From: an uncultured Clostridia bacterium
GTDB lineage: Bacteria; Bacillota; Clostridia; Christensenellales; UBA1242
Assembly (NCBI GenBank): GCA_934793215.1
Contig: CAKVOP010000001.1
Span: 239,447-303,446 of the forward strand
Length of the DNA stretch: 64,000 bases
Reading direction: 5' to 3'
Under the pieces are notes generated by a model that worked only from the letters and a program-made list of their open reading frames with translations, was not told the DNA's origin and made no database searches. Below are positions 36,633-45,510 of the stretch, piece after piece (the first letter of the stretch is position 1; each line of letters starts with the position of its first letter). Position numbers and translations under genes: made by a program.

Positions 36633-36815
36633 TTGAAAAAGAAACTTTTTTGCCCGCACTGCCATCGATGCCTTGGAGAATGTTTGTTTTCTGACCAAAC
36701 AGGGGAATGTGAAGTATTGTCAAATCCTCCCGAGATAACTGACAGAAATTTTGTCCATGACATGAAATGTTTAAGGTGCAAGGCAGAAATTTATATTTTA
36801 ATGAAATTTAATTAA
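36633..36815 (+). CDS. Small zinc-ribbon protein
   Basis: Two CxxC pairs (CPHCHRC...CLRCKAE). TTG at 36633 lies 6 nt after GGAGG, immediately downstream of lexA. Confidence 0.45.
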   Translation: MKKKLFCPHCHRCLGECLFSDQTGECEVLSNPPEITDRNFVHDMKCLRCKAEIYILMKFN

Positions 36816-36978
36816 ATAAGCGAACCATAGCGTTCCAATGATTTATAAACTGCAATTACAAATTGTGGTATGTAAACTTTGGGACGCTTTTTTTGTAAGT
36901 ATTAATGTCAATAAATAGTTTTAATAAAAATGTCTAAAAAGATAATCGTTCGTTTTGCGTTCGTTGATTTCGAATAAA

Positions 36979-37003
36979 AAAACAGTCACGAAAGACTGCT
37001 TTT
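36979..37003 (-). terminator. Terminator downstream of tRNA-Leu
   Basis: On the minus strand: CAGTC-tttcgt-GACTG followed by TTTTTT. Confidence 0.55.
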
Positions 37004-37008
37004 GGATT

Positions 37009-37094
<86 letters not shown>

Positions 37095-37116
37095 ATATTT
37101 AAATTTTTCATTTTAT

Positions 37117-37189
37117 CTAGGGCGGAGTGGCAGACGCCGTCTGCACTAGAAAAACGAAGTTTTTCGCATCGAAGAACGCTGTTTGATGC
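37117..37189. other. GC-rich triple-hairpin element upstream of tRNA-Leu
   Basis: Hairpin 1 at 37117-37149 (core GCAGAC-gcc-GTCTGC). Hairpin 2 at 37149-37165 (GAAAAAC-gaa-GTTTTTC). Hairpin 3 at 37166-37189 (GCATC...GATGC). 37121-37137 is an inverted 16/17 copy of the tRNA D-arm region at 37070-37086. Confidence 0.5.
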
Positions 37190-37512
37190 ATGAGGTTGAG
37201 AAAGCAAAGAATATTTAAAAGATTAAACTCGAATTAGATATTCCGCTTTCGCCAGCATACCATGACACCAATATAGCACAAAATAGTTTTTTTTACAACT
37301 CATAAATAGAAATTTTTTAAAAAAATATGGGGATTTATTATATTTTGTTCTCGAAAAATTAAAAATTTGACAAAATTTAACAATTTTCGACAAAATTATA
37401 CAAAAAAGACGCCATTTTGAAATATTTTTTACAAAAATGTGCAAAAATATGGCAGTAAAGGTTGAATTTACAAATTTAGGCTGATTATAATCAGCGACAT
37501 GGAGGGGAAATT

Positions 37513-37992
37513 ATGAAAAACAACAACTGGGCAAAGACTATTTTATATGTCCACAAATATTTAGAAAGGATTACAGAAGGCATTGATAAGCTTGTTGAGC
37601 GAGAAGCAATGAATTCTTATTATTTCAGTTCTACGAGAGAGAACGATGTTGCGAAAGTTGCAAACAAAATCATTGAATTAACCGAGAGAAAAAAACGCCT
37701 TATTAATATAAAGGTTCTCACAGAAAATTGTTTAAAAAGTATTGATAATTTACAAGCACGTATTTTAATAGGAAAATACATAAATGAAGAGCCTTGTGAA
37801 ATTCTTGCTCAAAGATTAAATCTTGCAGAAAGAACATTTTTTAGAAAACTTAAAGAGGCAGAGGAAAGTTTTTCAAAGGCTCTTTGCCGATACGGGTTTA
37901 ATGATGAAAAAATATCATCATACCTTAAAGGTGAAAGTTGGATTATTGACGTATATGAAAATTTCCTAGATGAAGGAAAAGAGCTTGCTTAA
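37513..37992 (+). CDS. Sigma region-4-type HTH protein (ArpU/RinA/DUF1492-like phage late-activator architecture)
   Basis: 159 aa. LQARILIGKYINEEPCEILAQRLNLAERTFFRKLKEAEESF fits a sigma r4-like HTH. GGAGGGG RBS. Confidence 0.45.
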   Translation: MKNNNWAKTILYVHKYLERITEGIDKLVEREAMNSYYFSSTRENDVAKVANKIIELTERKKRLINIKVLTENCLKSIDNLQARILIGKYINEEPCEILAQRLNLAERTFFRKLKEAEESFSKALCRYGFNDEKISSYLKGESWIIDVYENFLDEGKELA

Positions 37993-38747
37993 TTAAGTGA
38001 AGAGTCGTCAAATTCAAAATAGTCTTTTCTTCGTTTTGGCTTTGCTTTGCCATTTAAAATTCGTTCTTTTATTAGACTTGGTTTTAAGAGGAGAAACAAT
38101 ACAACTAGACTTGGTAACCCAACCCCAACAATTATCCATATAAGCGAACTTTTGCTTAAAGAAGAAATATTTGATTGTGAGAAATTGGGCGTGATTATGT
38201 CAAAGATTTCAGTGTTTTTTTCAATAGTTGGGAGATTGTCGCAAAAGACAGAATAAAGATAGCCATAACTTGATAAATATTTGCAGTAATACCACTGATT
38301 TGATTTCTCTGGAATATCAATTTCACCAGTCATGAAACCGTAAAATTCTAGTTCTTGATAAAGGTATGGAATTGTTGATACAAGTGTAGAGGAGGACGAC
38401 GGAGTTGAATAGAGCCCAAGCCCCTCTTTGGCAAAAACCCGAAAGTTTGCATTTGGGTAAGGCGAGGCAGGAGTCCCAGACATAGGGGTAACCTCGCTTT
38501 TTTTAACAAAACCATTTAAACCTTTATAACTTGCTTTAAAAAATGATGCATTTTCTTCGCCAGTCAGCAGAACAAAGTAAGAAGTGGGAATTTGAAATAT
38601 GGCACTATTTTCGTTTGATGATGAATAAAAATATCCTTCATATTCTACCTTCGCGTAATAAGCTGGACAGCTTTCAGCGAAGGAAATATTATAATTTTGT
38701 GAAAAAATAATTGATAAAAAAATAAAAATTAACAAAATCTTTTTCAT
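37989..38747 (-). CDS. Secreted, membrane-anchored protein of unknown function
   Basis: 252 aa. N-terminal signal peptide (MKKILLIFIFLSIIFS), C-terminal TM helix (LIWIIVGVGLPSLVVLFLLL) and a basic tail. 4-nt convergent overlap with the preceding gene. Confidence 0.6.
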   Translation of the reverse strand: MKKILLIFIFLSIIFSQNYNISFAESCPAYYAKVEYEGYFYSSSNENSAIFQIPTSYFVLLTGEENASFFKASYKGLNGFVKKSEVTPMSGTPASPYPNANFRVFAKEGLGLYSTPSSSSTLVSTIPYLYQELEFYGFMTGEIDIPEKSNQWYYCKYLSSYGYLYSVFCDNLPTIEKNTEIFDIITPNFSQSNISSLSKSSLIWIIVGVGLPSLVVLFLLLKPSLIKERILNGKAKPKRRKDYFEFDDSSLN

Positions 38748-38827
38748 GCCTATATTTTAAGGCGAAAAATTAATTTAACAAAAGTGAAAATTGCAATTAT
38801 AAATCTTTTTAAAGGGAATTTTGTCAA

Positions 38828-40270
38828 ATGAAAAATAATGAAAATTTGGAAGAAAATAAGTATAAACTTTTTATAGTAAACCAGGCACTTTCTTCTCGAA
38901 AAGAAAATGATTTTTTATCTAAATATAATAGAGGTGAAAAAGTGCATTTGAAACAACTTGCTTTTCATAAATGTCCTAAAAAAAACAGATGGGTTTTTGG
39001 TGGGAATCGTTCTGGAAAAACTGAATGTGGAGCAGTCGAGACTGTTTGGCTTGCGAGGGGCATACACCCATTCAAAGAAAATAAACCAGTTTCATGCTGG
39101 GTGGTGAGCCTCTCAAAGCAAGTTCAACGCGATGTTGCTCAAAGTAAAATTTTGCATTATCTTCGTAAGGATTGGATAAAAGAAATTGTTATGTCAAGCG
39201 GACGAAGTGATTGGGCGGACAATGGAGTGATTGATTTCATTCTCGTTAAAAATGTATTTGGTGGAGTTTCAAGAATCGGCTTTAAGAGTTGCGACCAGGG
39301 AAGGGAAAAGTTTCAAGGTGCGAGTTTAGATTTTGTGTGGTTTGATGAAGAGCCACCGTTTGAAATATATAACGAATGCCGTATGCGTGTACTTGACAAA
39401 AAGGGCATGATTTTTGGCACTATGACTCCATTGAAAGGACTGACTTGGGTTTACAACGAAATTTACCTGAATCAAAATAATGACAATGAGGTTTGGCATG
39501 AAGAAATGGAGTGGGCGGATAATCCATACCTAGATAAAGATGAAATTGAAGCGATGACAAAAAGTCTTTCGGCAGATGAACTAGAATCAAGAAGGTATGG
39601 CAAGTTTATGCAGTGTGGAGGCATGGTGTATAGCGAATTTGACGAAAATGTGCATGTCTTGGATCCATTTGAAGTACCAAAAGATTGGCAAGATAATATT
39701 TCCATTGACCCAGGTCTCAACAATCCTCTTTCCGCACATTGGTATGCCCGCGATTATGATGGAAATGTTTATGTCATTGCCGAACATTTTGATAAAGGCA
39801 AAGATGTTTATTATCATGCTCAAAAAATAAAGGAAATCTGCGAGAAACTAGATTGGCATTATGTAAATGGTAAAATTTCCGCATTAATTGATAGTGCAGC
39901 AACTCAAAGAACGCTGGCTAGCAGTAAAAATGTAGTCGACTTATTTTACGAAAACGATATTTTGACAAATCCGCGAGTTAATAAAGACATGTTCAGTGGA
40001 ATAAATGTTGTTAAGCGATATTTGAAAGATGGCGAAGGGAATCCTCACCTTTTTATATTTAAAAACTGTGTAAATCTTATAAGTGAAATCAAAAGTTATT
40101 GGTGGGGCGATAATGATTTGCCAATAAAAAAAGATGACCATTGTTTGGACGAAATGAGATATTATCTTATGAGCATATGTGACAGGCCAAAGGAACAAGT
40201 AAAGAAGAGTTTAATTGAGAAAGATAAGGAAAGACTCATAAATAAGCTAAAGCGTCGCTACCACCCTTAA
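38828..40270 (+). CDS. terL: Phage terminase large subunit (intact, no other packaging or morphogenesis genes nearby)
   Basis: 480 aa. Walker A GGNRSGKTE, Walker B LDFVWFDEEP, C-terminal RNaseH-like nuclease motif (SIDPG..., KKDDHCLDEMRYYL). Confidence 0.8.
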   Translation: MKNNENLEENKYKLFIVNQALSSRKENDFLSKYNRGEKVHLKQLAFHKCPKKNRWVFGGNRSGKTECGAVETVWLARGIHPFKENKPVSCWVVSLSKQVQRDVAQSKILHYLRKDWIKEIVMSSGRSDWADNGVIDFILVKNVFGGVSRIGFKSCDQGREKFQGASLDFVWFDEEPPFEIYNECRMRVLDKKGMIFGTMTPLKGLTWVYNEIYLNQNNDNEVWHEEMEWADNPYLDKDEIEAMTKSLSADELESRRYGKFMQCGGMVYSEFDENVHVLDPFEVPKDWQDNISIDPGLNNPLSAHWYARDYDGNVYVIAEHFDKGKDVYYHAQKIKEICEKLDWHYVNGKISALIDSAATQRTLASSKNVVDLFYENDILTNPRVNKDMFSGINVVKRYLKDGEGNPHLFIFKNCVNLISEIKSYWWGDNDLPIKKDDHCLDEMRYYLMSICDRPKEQVKKSLIEKDKERLINKLKRRYHP

Positions 40271-40386
40271 AGAGCAGTAGCAATAGAGAAAAAAGATTAA
40301 AAAAGCAAAATATTTTGTTATTTATTTGGAAAAATTATATTTATATGATAAATTAATTATGTAAAAAAATAAAGCGAAGGTGAAAT

Positions 40387-42699
40387 ATGAAAAAGTGGAC
40401 TTCTGGATTTGTTTCGTTTGTTCTTGCTTTGACTGGTGCGGGCGCACTTGCCCCTGTTTCTTTTGCCGTAGCAGAAACAAACCAAGCCCAAAGTTTGACA
40501 AATGAAAGCCAAGCAAGTGTAGGGTACAATGAACTTGTAAAACTTATCAGCAGAACTGACACGTCGCTCAATAATAAAGGTAATTATTGCTTAAATAGTG
40601 ATATTGATTGCAAGGAAATTGCACCTGAGGTATTTAACAATTATGGTGCAGAAAAGTTTTTCACTGGAATGTTTGATGGAAATGGCCATTCAATTAAAAA
40701 TTTGACATTGTCGTCTAATAATGGATTTTATGGGCTGTTCCCTTATGCCAAAAATGCGACGATAAAAAATCTTAAAATTGAAGGTTGGAATTTTGATTTT
40801 AAAAACGCACCAACAAACGATATCGTGGCAGGACTACTTGTGGGATACGGAGAAAATGTTAGATTTGAAAACTGCGAAGTCGTTTTAAAAGATGAAAATG
40901 GCGTTGTTCAAACTATTTTACTAGGAATTTATGGAGAAAACAGCGAGCCCCAAGCATTAAATAATCACATCACATTTGGATTGCTTGCTGGACTTGTAGA
41001 CGGCAATGCATCACTATCAAGCAATGAGGCAAATATAAAAAATTGTCTTGTTAGCGGAAATGTAAAACTTAATCAAACAGAAGATAAAATTGCCAATATT
41101 GGTGGGCTTGTTGGAAAACTAAAAAATGGCTTTATTTCACACTGCATTTTTAATGGTAAGGTTGAATATTCTGGGTTAGGCTCACTTGCCAAAAAAGTGG
41201 GAGGGATTGTCGGTGAAGCACAAGGCTTAAATGCAAAAGTGCGCAATGTTTGCTTTGATGGGTCGGTAAGCATAGATGAGTTGCCAGGGCTTTCAAGCGG
41301 AAATATCATTGGCGGTAAAAATGCAGGAGATTTCCCTGAAAATGAGAATTTTGATTATTGCTACTGGACTTCACTAAATGGTGGCGGTCTTGGAGGCGAG
41401 AGTTATACTAAACTTACTTTTATCAATACATCTGTTATAAGCAAAGATTTTCTTTTAACGGAAAATAATTTTGATGATGTCTTACCTGAATGGAATTTTG
41501 ACACTATTTGGTCAGGCAAAAATGGTGTTCTTCATTTGCAAAACTTTATGACTTTTGGACTCGAACTCAACACCCAAGCAGATGTTGGGGGCGTGTTCAC
41601 CGCCAGAATAGACGGGGAAACAGGAAAGACTGTTCATAAACGTTACGACGAAGAAGTTAAATTTGTTTTGACAACTGATTCAACTAAAAAAGATTGGTAT
41701 ACCTTTGACGGGGTTCTTCTTAATGGAGTTGCTCTTTCAAACAGCCTTTATTCTTCACAACAAAATGAAAATTCGTACACTGTTACTGTTAATGCGAATT
41801 CTTTAACCGAGGGGACATATTCGTTTAGAGCAAAAGAATTGAAATATTCTGGCTTAATTGAAACAGTCGTACAAGACGACGAGTCGGCTACCGATTATGG
41901 CGGGGTTAAAATAAAAGGTGCAATTTCAACTAGCACAAGCCTTTCACTTGATTTCTCTTACGCAAGTCAAACAAAAAACATTGAAGCGGTCGGCAAAGGC
42001 AAATACATTTTCGCTGGCTGGGAACTATATTATAAAAATGACGAAGATGTCTGGGAAAAACAAACGGAGGCTGTGAGTGCGAATAATAGCAAGGATATTT
42101 CAGTAACTTACACTCCAAGTGACAGCACAAAACTATATAATAGACCTTTCAAAATTGTTGCTTTATTTTCGAAAAATGTAAAGGTTGTAAATTTTGCAAA
42201 TTACGATAAAACCCAAGTCAAATTCTTAAAAGTAAATGGCGAGGAGTTTAATGGAACAGGAATAGAAGTTGCAGCAAGTTCAACCAATGTTTCAATTGAA
42301 ATTGTAACAAAAAATGCAACTATGAATGCTGATAAGTTTGTTCAAGATTTTAACAAGTTGCACACCAGCAATCCGCTTTCATTAAGAGACGATCCGGTTG
42401 TAAATGAAGAAGAACAGGAAGCAATTTATACTTTTACGCTTGATATCTCCAAGATTGATAATGCTGAACTTGACGAAAATAACACTCTTCATCTTTCTAT
42501 AACCACGCAAAAAGCAAGAATGGGTGCATCTAAAAACATGATTTGGCTGTATATTCTATTGCCAGTGTTTGCTGTTGCGTGTATGACGGCGATAATAGTC
42601 ATTTTAGTGAAGAAAAAGCGTGGTGGACGAGGAAAACACAAGACCGTCAAGAAAAATAATGACACTAAAAAGGTATCTTACAAAGATTATTATATTTAA
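40387..42699 (+). CDS. Large cell-surface protein with beta-helix/GLUG-type repeats and a C-terminal TM anchor
   Basis: 770 aa. Signal peptide (...VSFAVAETN), FTGMFDGNGHSIKNLTL-type motif and repeated G(G/L)(L/I)(V/A)G blocks. C-terminal TM helix plus KKKRGGRGKHK tail. Confidence 0.6.
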   Translation: MKKWTSGFVSFVLALTGAGALAPVSFAVAETNQAQSLTNESQASVGYNELVKLISRTDTSLNNKGNYCLNSDIDCKEIAPEVFNNYGAEKFFTGMFDGNGHSIKNLTLSSNNGFYGLFPYAKNATIKNLKIEGWNFDFKNAPTNDIVAGLLVGYGENVRFENCEVVLKDENGVVQTILLGIYGENSEPQALNNHITFGLLAGLVDGNASLSSNEANIKNCLVSGNVKLNQTEDKIANIGGLVGKLKNGFISHCIFNGKVEYSGLGSLAKKVGGIVGEAQGLNAKVRNVCFDGSVSIDELPGLSSGNIIGGKNAGDFPENENFDYCYWTSLNGGGLGGESYTKLTFINTSVISKDFLLTENNFDDVLPEWNFDTIWSGKNGVLHLQNFMTFGLELNTQADVGGVFTARIDGETGKTVHKRYDEEVKFVLTTDSTKKDWYTFDGVLLNGVALSNSLYSSQQNENSYTVTVNANSLTEGTYSFRAKELKYSGLIETVVQDDESATDYGGVKIKGAISTSTSLSLDFSYASQTKNIEAVGKGKYIFAGWELYYKNDEDVWEKQTEAVSANNSKDISVTYTPSDSTKLYNRPFKIVALFSKNVKVVNFANYDKTQVKFLKVNGEEFNGTGIEVAASSTNVSIEIVTKNATMNADKFVQDFNKLHTSNPLSLRDDPVVNEEEQEAIYTFTLDISKIDNAELDENNTLHLSITTQKARMGASKNMIWLYILLPVFAVACMTAIIVILVKKKRGGRGKHKTVKKNNDTKKVSYKDYYI

Positions 42700-42730
42700 C
42701 ATGAATGTTAAAATGATTTTCAATAAAGAC

Positions 42731-42759
42731 AAAAAACGCATGAATCATGCGTTTTTTTT
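42731..42759. terminator. Bidirectional terminator
   Basis: ACGCATG-aat-CATGCGT flanked by A6 and T8. Confidence 0.8.
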
Positions 42760-42787
42760 GTTTGTTTGAACTTGGCAAGTCTATTTT

Positions 42788-43825
42788 TTAAGCGACATTA
42801 AGTCGTTTAGCAATGTCATTATTTACAACTTTCGCGTATTTTGCGTCATAAGTTGTATTAAGTTTTTGTCCTTGGGTGAAGTTGAGAATGTCAAGAAGCA
42901 TATTGTATGAAGTTTCGTTAAGTGTAAAATCTTCTGTCCATGCACCAATTGTGACATATTGTTTCAATGCTACTTCAAGTTCACTTACGCTCATACCAGA
43001 GAATGAAGGTAAGAGAGCTGTTGCAGAAGCTGTATAGTTTGAATTTGTGCGATAATCTTCAAGAAGATATTTGTAAGCACGCTTTACCGCTTTCAAAAAT
43101 TTCTCTGCTTTGTCTGCATTTTTGTTAAGATAGTTTTGTGTTGTTGCGAAACAAGTATATGGTATTTCACCTGCAAATTGTCCAACTGGGTTTAAAACAA
43201 AACCTTTATTTTCTTTTTCAAGGTTTGTTGCGGTTGGCTCAAAAAGTGTGCAAAATTCAGCACTCGTTGTTTGGAATTCGCTTGCTATCATAGGGAAAGC
43301 AACATTTGTGCGAAGATTAACATCGCCTTCGCCTAAATTTGTTCCAATGGTAAGTCCATGTTTTCTAATGATATATTCAAGTGTCATAGCTGGCATACCG
43401 CCTTCTCGACCGCCGATAATGGTTTTCCCTTTAAGAGAGTCAAGACTAAAATCTGTCATGTCAGTTTTAGAAACAAAGAATGAGCCATCTGTGTGGGTGA
43501 GTTGACCGAAAACGATAGGTTGGTTTTTCTTCCCATCAGCGTAAACAACTTGTTCTGGCCCACATAAAATCATATCGGCAGAGCCACTGATAAGTGCGGT
43601 CATTGAAGCGTCCGAACCTGTTGCACTTTCAATGGTAACCTTCAAGCCTTCATCTTCAAAATATCCAAGATTTTTTGCGAGGTAGAGTGGAGCGTAGAAT
43701 ATTGAATGAGTTACCTCGTTAAGATGTATTGTGTTGTCATCTTTACAACCCACAAACATTAAACTAGAAGTTAAGCATAGAAGCATAACACCCAGCATAA
43801 TTGTGAAGTTTTTAATTTTTTGCAT
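42788..43825 (-). CDS. ABC transporter substrate-binding lipoprotein (NMT1/THI5 or NitT/TauT-like), orphan
   Basis: 345 aa. Lipobox LMFVGCKD. HSIFYAPLYLAKNLGYFEDEGLKVTIES...SGSADMILCG pattern. No permease or ATPase gene adjacent. Confidence 0.6.
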   Translation of the reverse strand: MQKIKNFTIMLGVMLLCLTSSLMFVGCKDDNTIHLNEVTHSIFYAPLYLAKNLGYFEDEGLKVTIESATGSDASMTALISGSADMILCGPEQVVYADGKKNQPIVFGQLTHTDGSFFVSKTDMTDFSLDSLKGKTIIGGREGGMPAMTLEYIIRKHGLTIGTNLGEGDVNLRTNVAFPMIASEFQTTSAEFCTLFEPTATNLEKENKGFVLNPVGQFAGEIPYTCFATTQNYLNKNADKAEKFLKAVKRAYKYLLEDYRTNSNYTASATALLPSFSGMSVSELEVALKQYVTIGAWTEDFTLNETSYNMLLDILNFTQGQKLNTTYDAKYAKVVNNDIAKRLNVA

Positions 43826-43926
43826 TTTTCCTCCTTACAATTACCAGTTTATGCTTTGTGTAAAGAGTGGGTGCAAAATCCATAGAAAAAATTGCTTTTT
43901 GCGAGCAGTTGTGCTAATATAAATAT

Positions 43927-44475
43927 ATGAGAGTAACGGCAGGGAAATATAAAGGAAGAAAACTTATAGATAGACCATTTGACCATATACGTCCAACAGC
44001 AGACATGGTTAAACAGGCAATTTTTAATAAACTCGCTTTTGTAACAAATGGCGCAAAGGTGCTAGACCTCTTTTGCGGAACAGGCGCTCTTGGAATTGAA
44101 GCGTTGTCTCGTGGGGCAAGCATGGTTGTTATGGCAGACCTTAATCCTAAATCAGTTATGCTTACAAAGGATAATCTAAAACTTTTATCGACTCCTCTCG
44201 AAGCGAAGGTATTGCAAGGAGATTATAAAACCGTGCTCGAAAAACTAAAAGGTGAAAAATTTGATATTATAATTCTAGACCCGCCATATAAAAGCGGAGT
44301 TTACGAAGATTGTTTGCAAAAAATACATGAACTTGATTTACTTTCAAATGATGGTATTATTGTTTGTGAACACAATAAAGAAGACAAATTTGACTTTTCA
44401 CTTTTTGAGATAGAGAGTGAAAAAATCTATGGTATAAAATGCGTTTCATATTTGTTAAAACGTGAAGAAATATAG
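43927..44475 (+). CDS. rsmD: 16S rRNA (guanine966-N2)-methyltransferase RsmD
   Basis: 182 aa. RPTADMVKQAIFN, LDLFCGTGALGIEALSRGA, ILDPPY. Confidence 0.85.
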   Translation: MRVTAGKYKGRKLIDRPFDHIRPTADMVKQAIFNKLAFVTNGAKVLDLFCGTGALGIEALSRGASMVVMADLNPKSVMLTKDNLKLLSTPLEAKVLQGDYKTVLEKLKGEKFDIIILDPPYKSGVYEDCLQKIHELDLLSNDGIIVCEHNKEDKFDFSLFEIESEKIYGIKCVSYLLKREEI

Positions 44476-44507
44476 TATTAAAATAAAAATTTTTAGATAT
44501 TAAACAT

Positions 44508-44540
44508 GAAAAAAGCCTTTGTTTAACAAAGGCTTTTTTG
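44508..44540. terminator. Bidirectional terminator
   Basis: AAAGCCTTTG-tttaa-CAAAGGCTTT plus T-run. Confidence 0.8.
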
Positions 44541-44600
44541 TTTGTTTAATCTTAAACAGAAAATAGTCTTTCTTTCAATTTCTTAATAACTTTTTCAATA

Positions 44601-45329
44601 CTAAATCATAGGTTCAAAATTTTCAAATACGACATTGTCGCAATATTTTACCACTTTTAAATAGTCGCTTTGACTTTTAACGGTATATGCAATAAGTGGA
44701 AGAGTTTTAAACTTCTTCACATAACTATTTGGCAGATGTTCTGCTTCATAGGAGATGAAATCAGGGTGAGAAAACTTTTCATTAAATTTCATTTTCTTTA
44801 GAGCCAACTTTTTAAAGAATGGCATTTTTATTCCCTTAAAATATCCAGAAATTTGACCTCTCAAAATTTCAGGAGCATAGTTGTGGAAATATTCAAGTAC
44901 ATAAGGGTTGGAAGACTCAACAGCATATTTCCCTTTGTAATTTTTCAAAATTTCAATAACTGTTTTTTCAAGTTCTCCCACTTTGCTATCGTTCTTGATT
45001 TCGATAAGAAGAGGAACTCTTCCGTCAACAAAGGCGAGCACTTCTTCAAAAGTAGGGATTTTTTCTTTTGTTCCGCCCAGTCTTAAAATTTCAAGGTCAC
45101 TTTTTTTGAGGAATTTTAAATAACCATCATTGCTTGTCATTCTTGAAAGACATTCATCACCAAAAACGACGATAGTTCCGTCGGAGATCATACGCACCTC
45201 AAATGCGATAGGGTAGCCGGCTTTGATGGCTTCATCGAAAGCGGAGAGAGAATTCTCTGGGTGAGTTTTGTCAAATAGCCCTCTATAAGCAATAGGAGTG
45301 CTAACAAGCCATGAGTTAAATAAATCCAT
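44601..45329 (-). CDS. Glycerophosphodiester phosphodiesterase-fold protein with substituted catalytic positions
   Basis: The start is set to ATG 45329 (AAGGTGG RBS). The GDPD layout is present, but it reads AYRG (usually HRG), FEVRM (usually E.D) and VVFGDE (usually HD). PENSL and IEIK are retained. Confidence 0.6.
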   Translation of the reverse strand: MDLFNSWLVSTPIAYRGLFDKTHPENSLSAFDEAIKAGYPIAFEVRMISDGTIVVFGDECLSRMTSNDGYLKFLKKSDLEILRLGGTKEKIPTFEEVLAFVDGRVPLLIEIKNDSKVGELEKTVIEILKNYKGKYAVESSNPYVLEYFHNYAPEILRGQISGYFKGIKMPFFKKLALKKMKFNEKFSHPDFISYEAEHLPNSYVKKFKTLPLIAYTVKSQSDYLKVVKYCDNVVFENFEPMI

Positions 45330-45510
45330 ATTTATCCACCTTAAAAACAAAATTTCTATTCTTATTATAACAAATCGAAAAACAAATATCAACAATTATT
45401 ATGCTTTTGCCTATTAAAAGTTATGATTTTGTGACTTTTTGTATGCATGAAACTGACAATAGGGCGAGAAAAGATTGATTTCTTTTTTAATTTTTTGTAT
45501 AATCTTAACC

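Noticed and set aside
36190-36723. 177-aa ORF antisense to lexA. Similar long antisense or shadow ORFs occur at 4597-4896, 6561-6869, 7275-7622, 8289-8579, 18814-19134, 46209-46610, 60294-60641 and elsewhere.
   Set aside because: All lie opposite or out of frame within genes that have strong family signatures. They lack an RBS and have low-complexity or biased composition typical of shadow frames.
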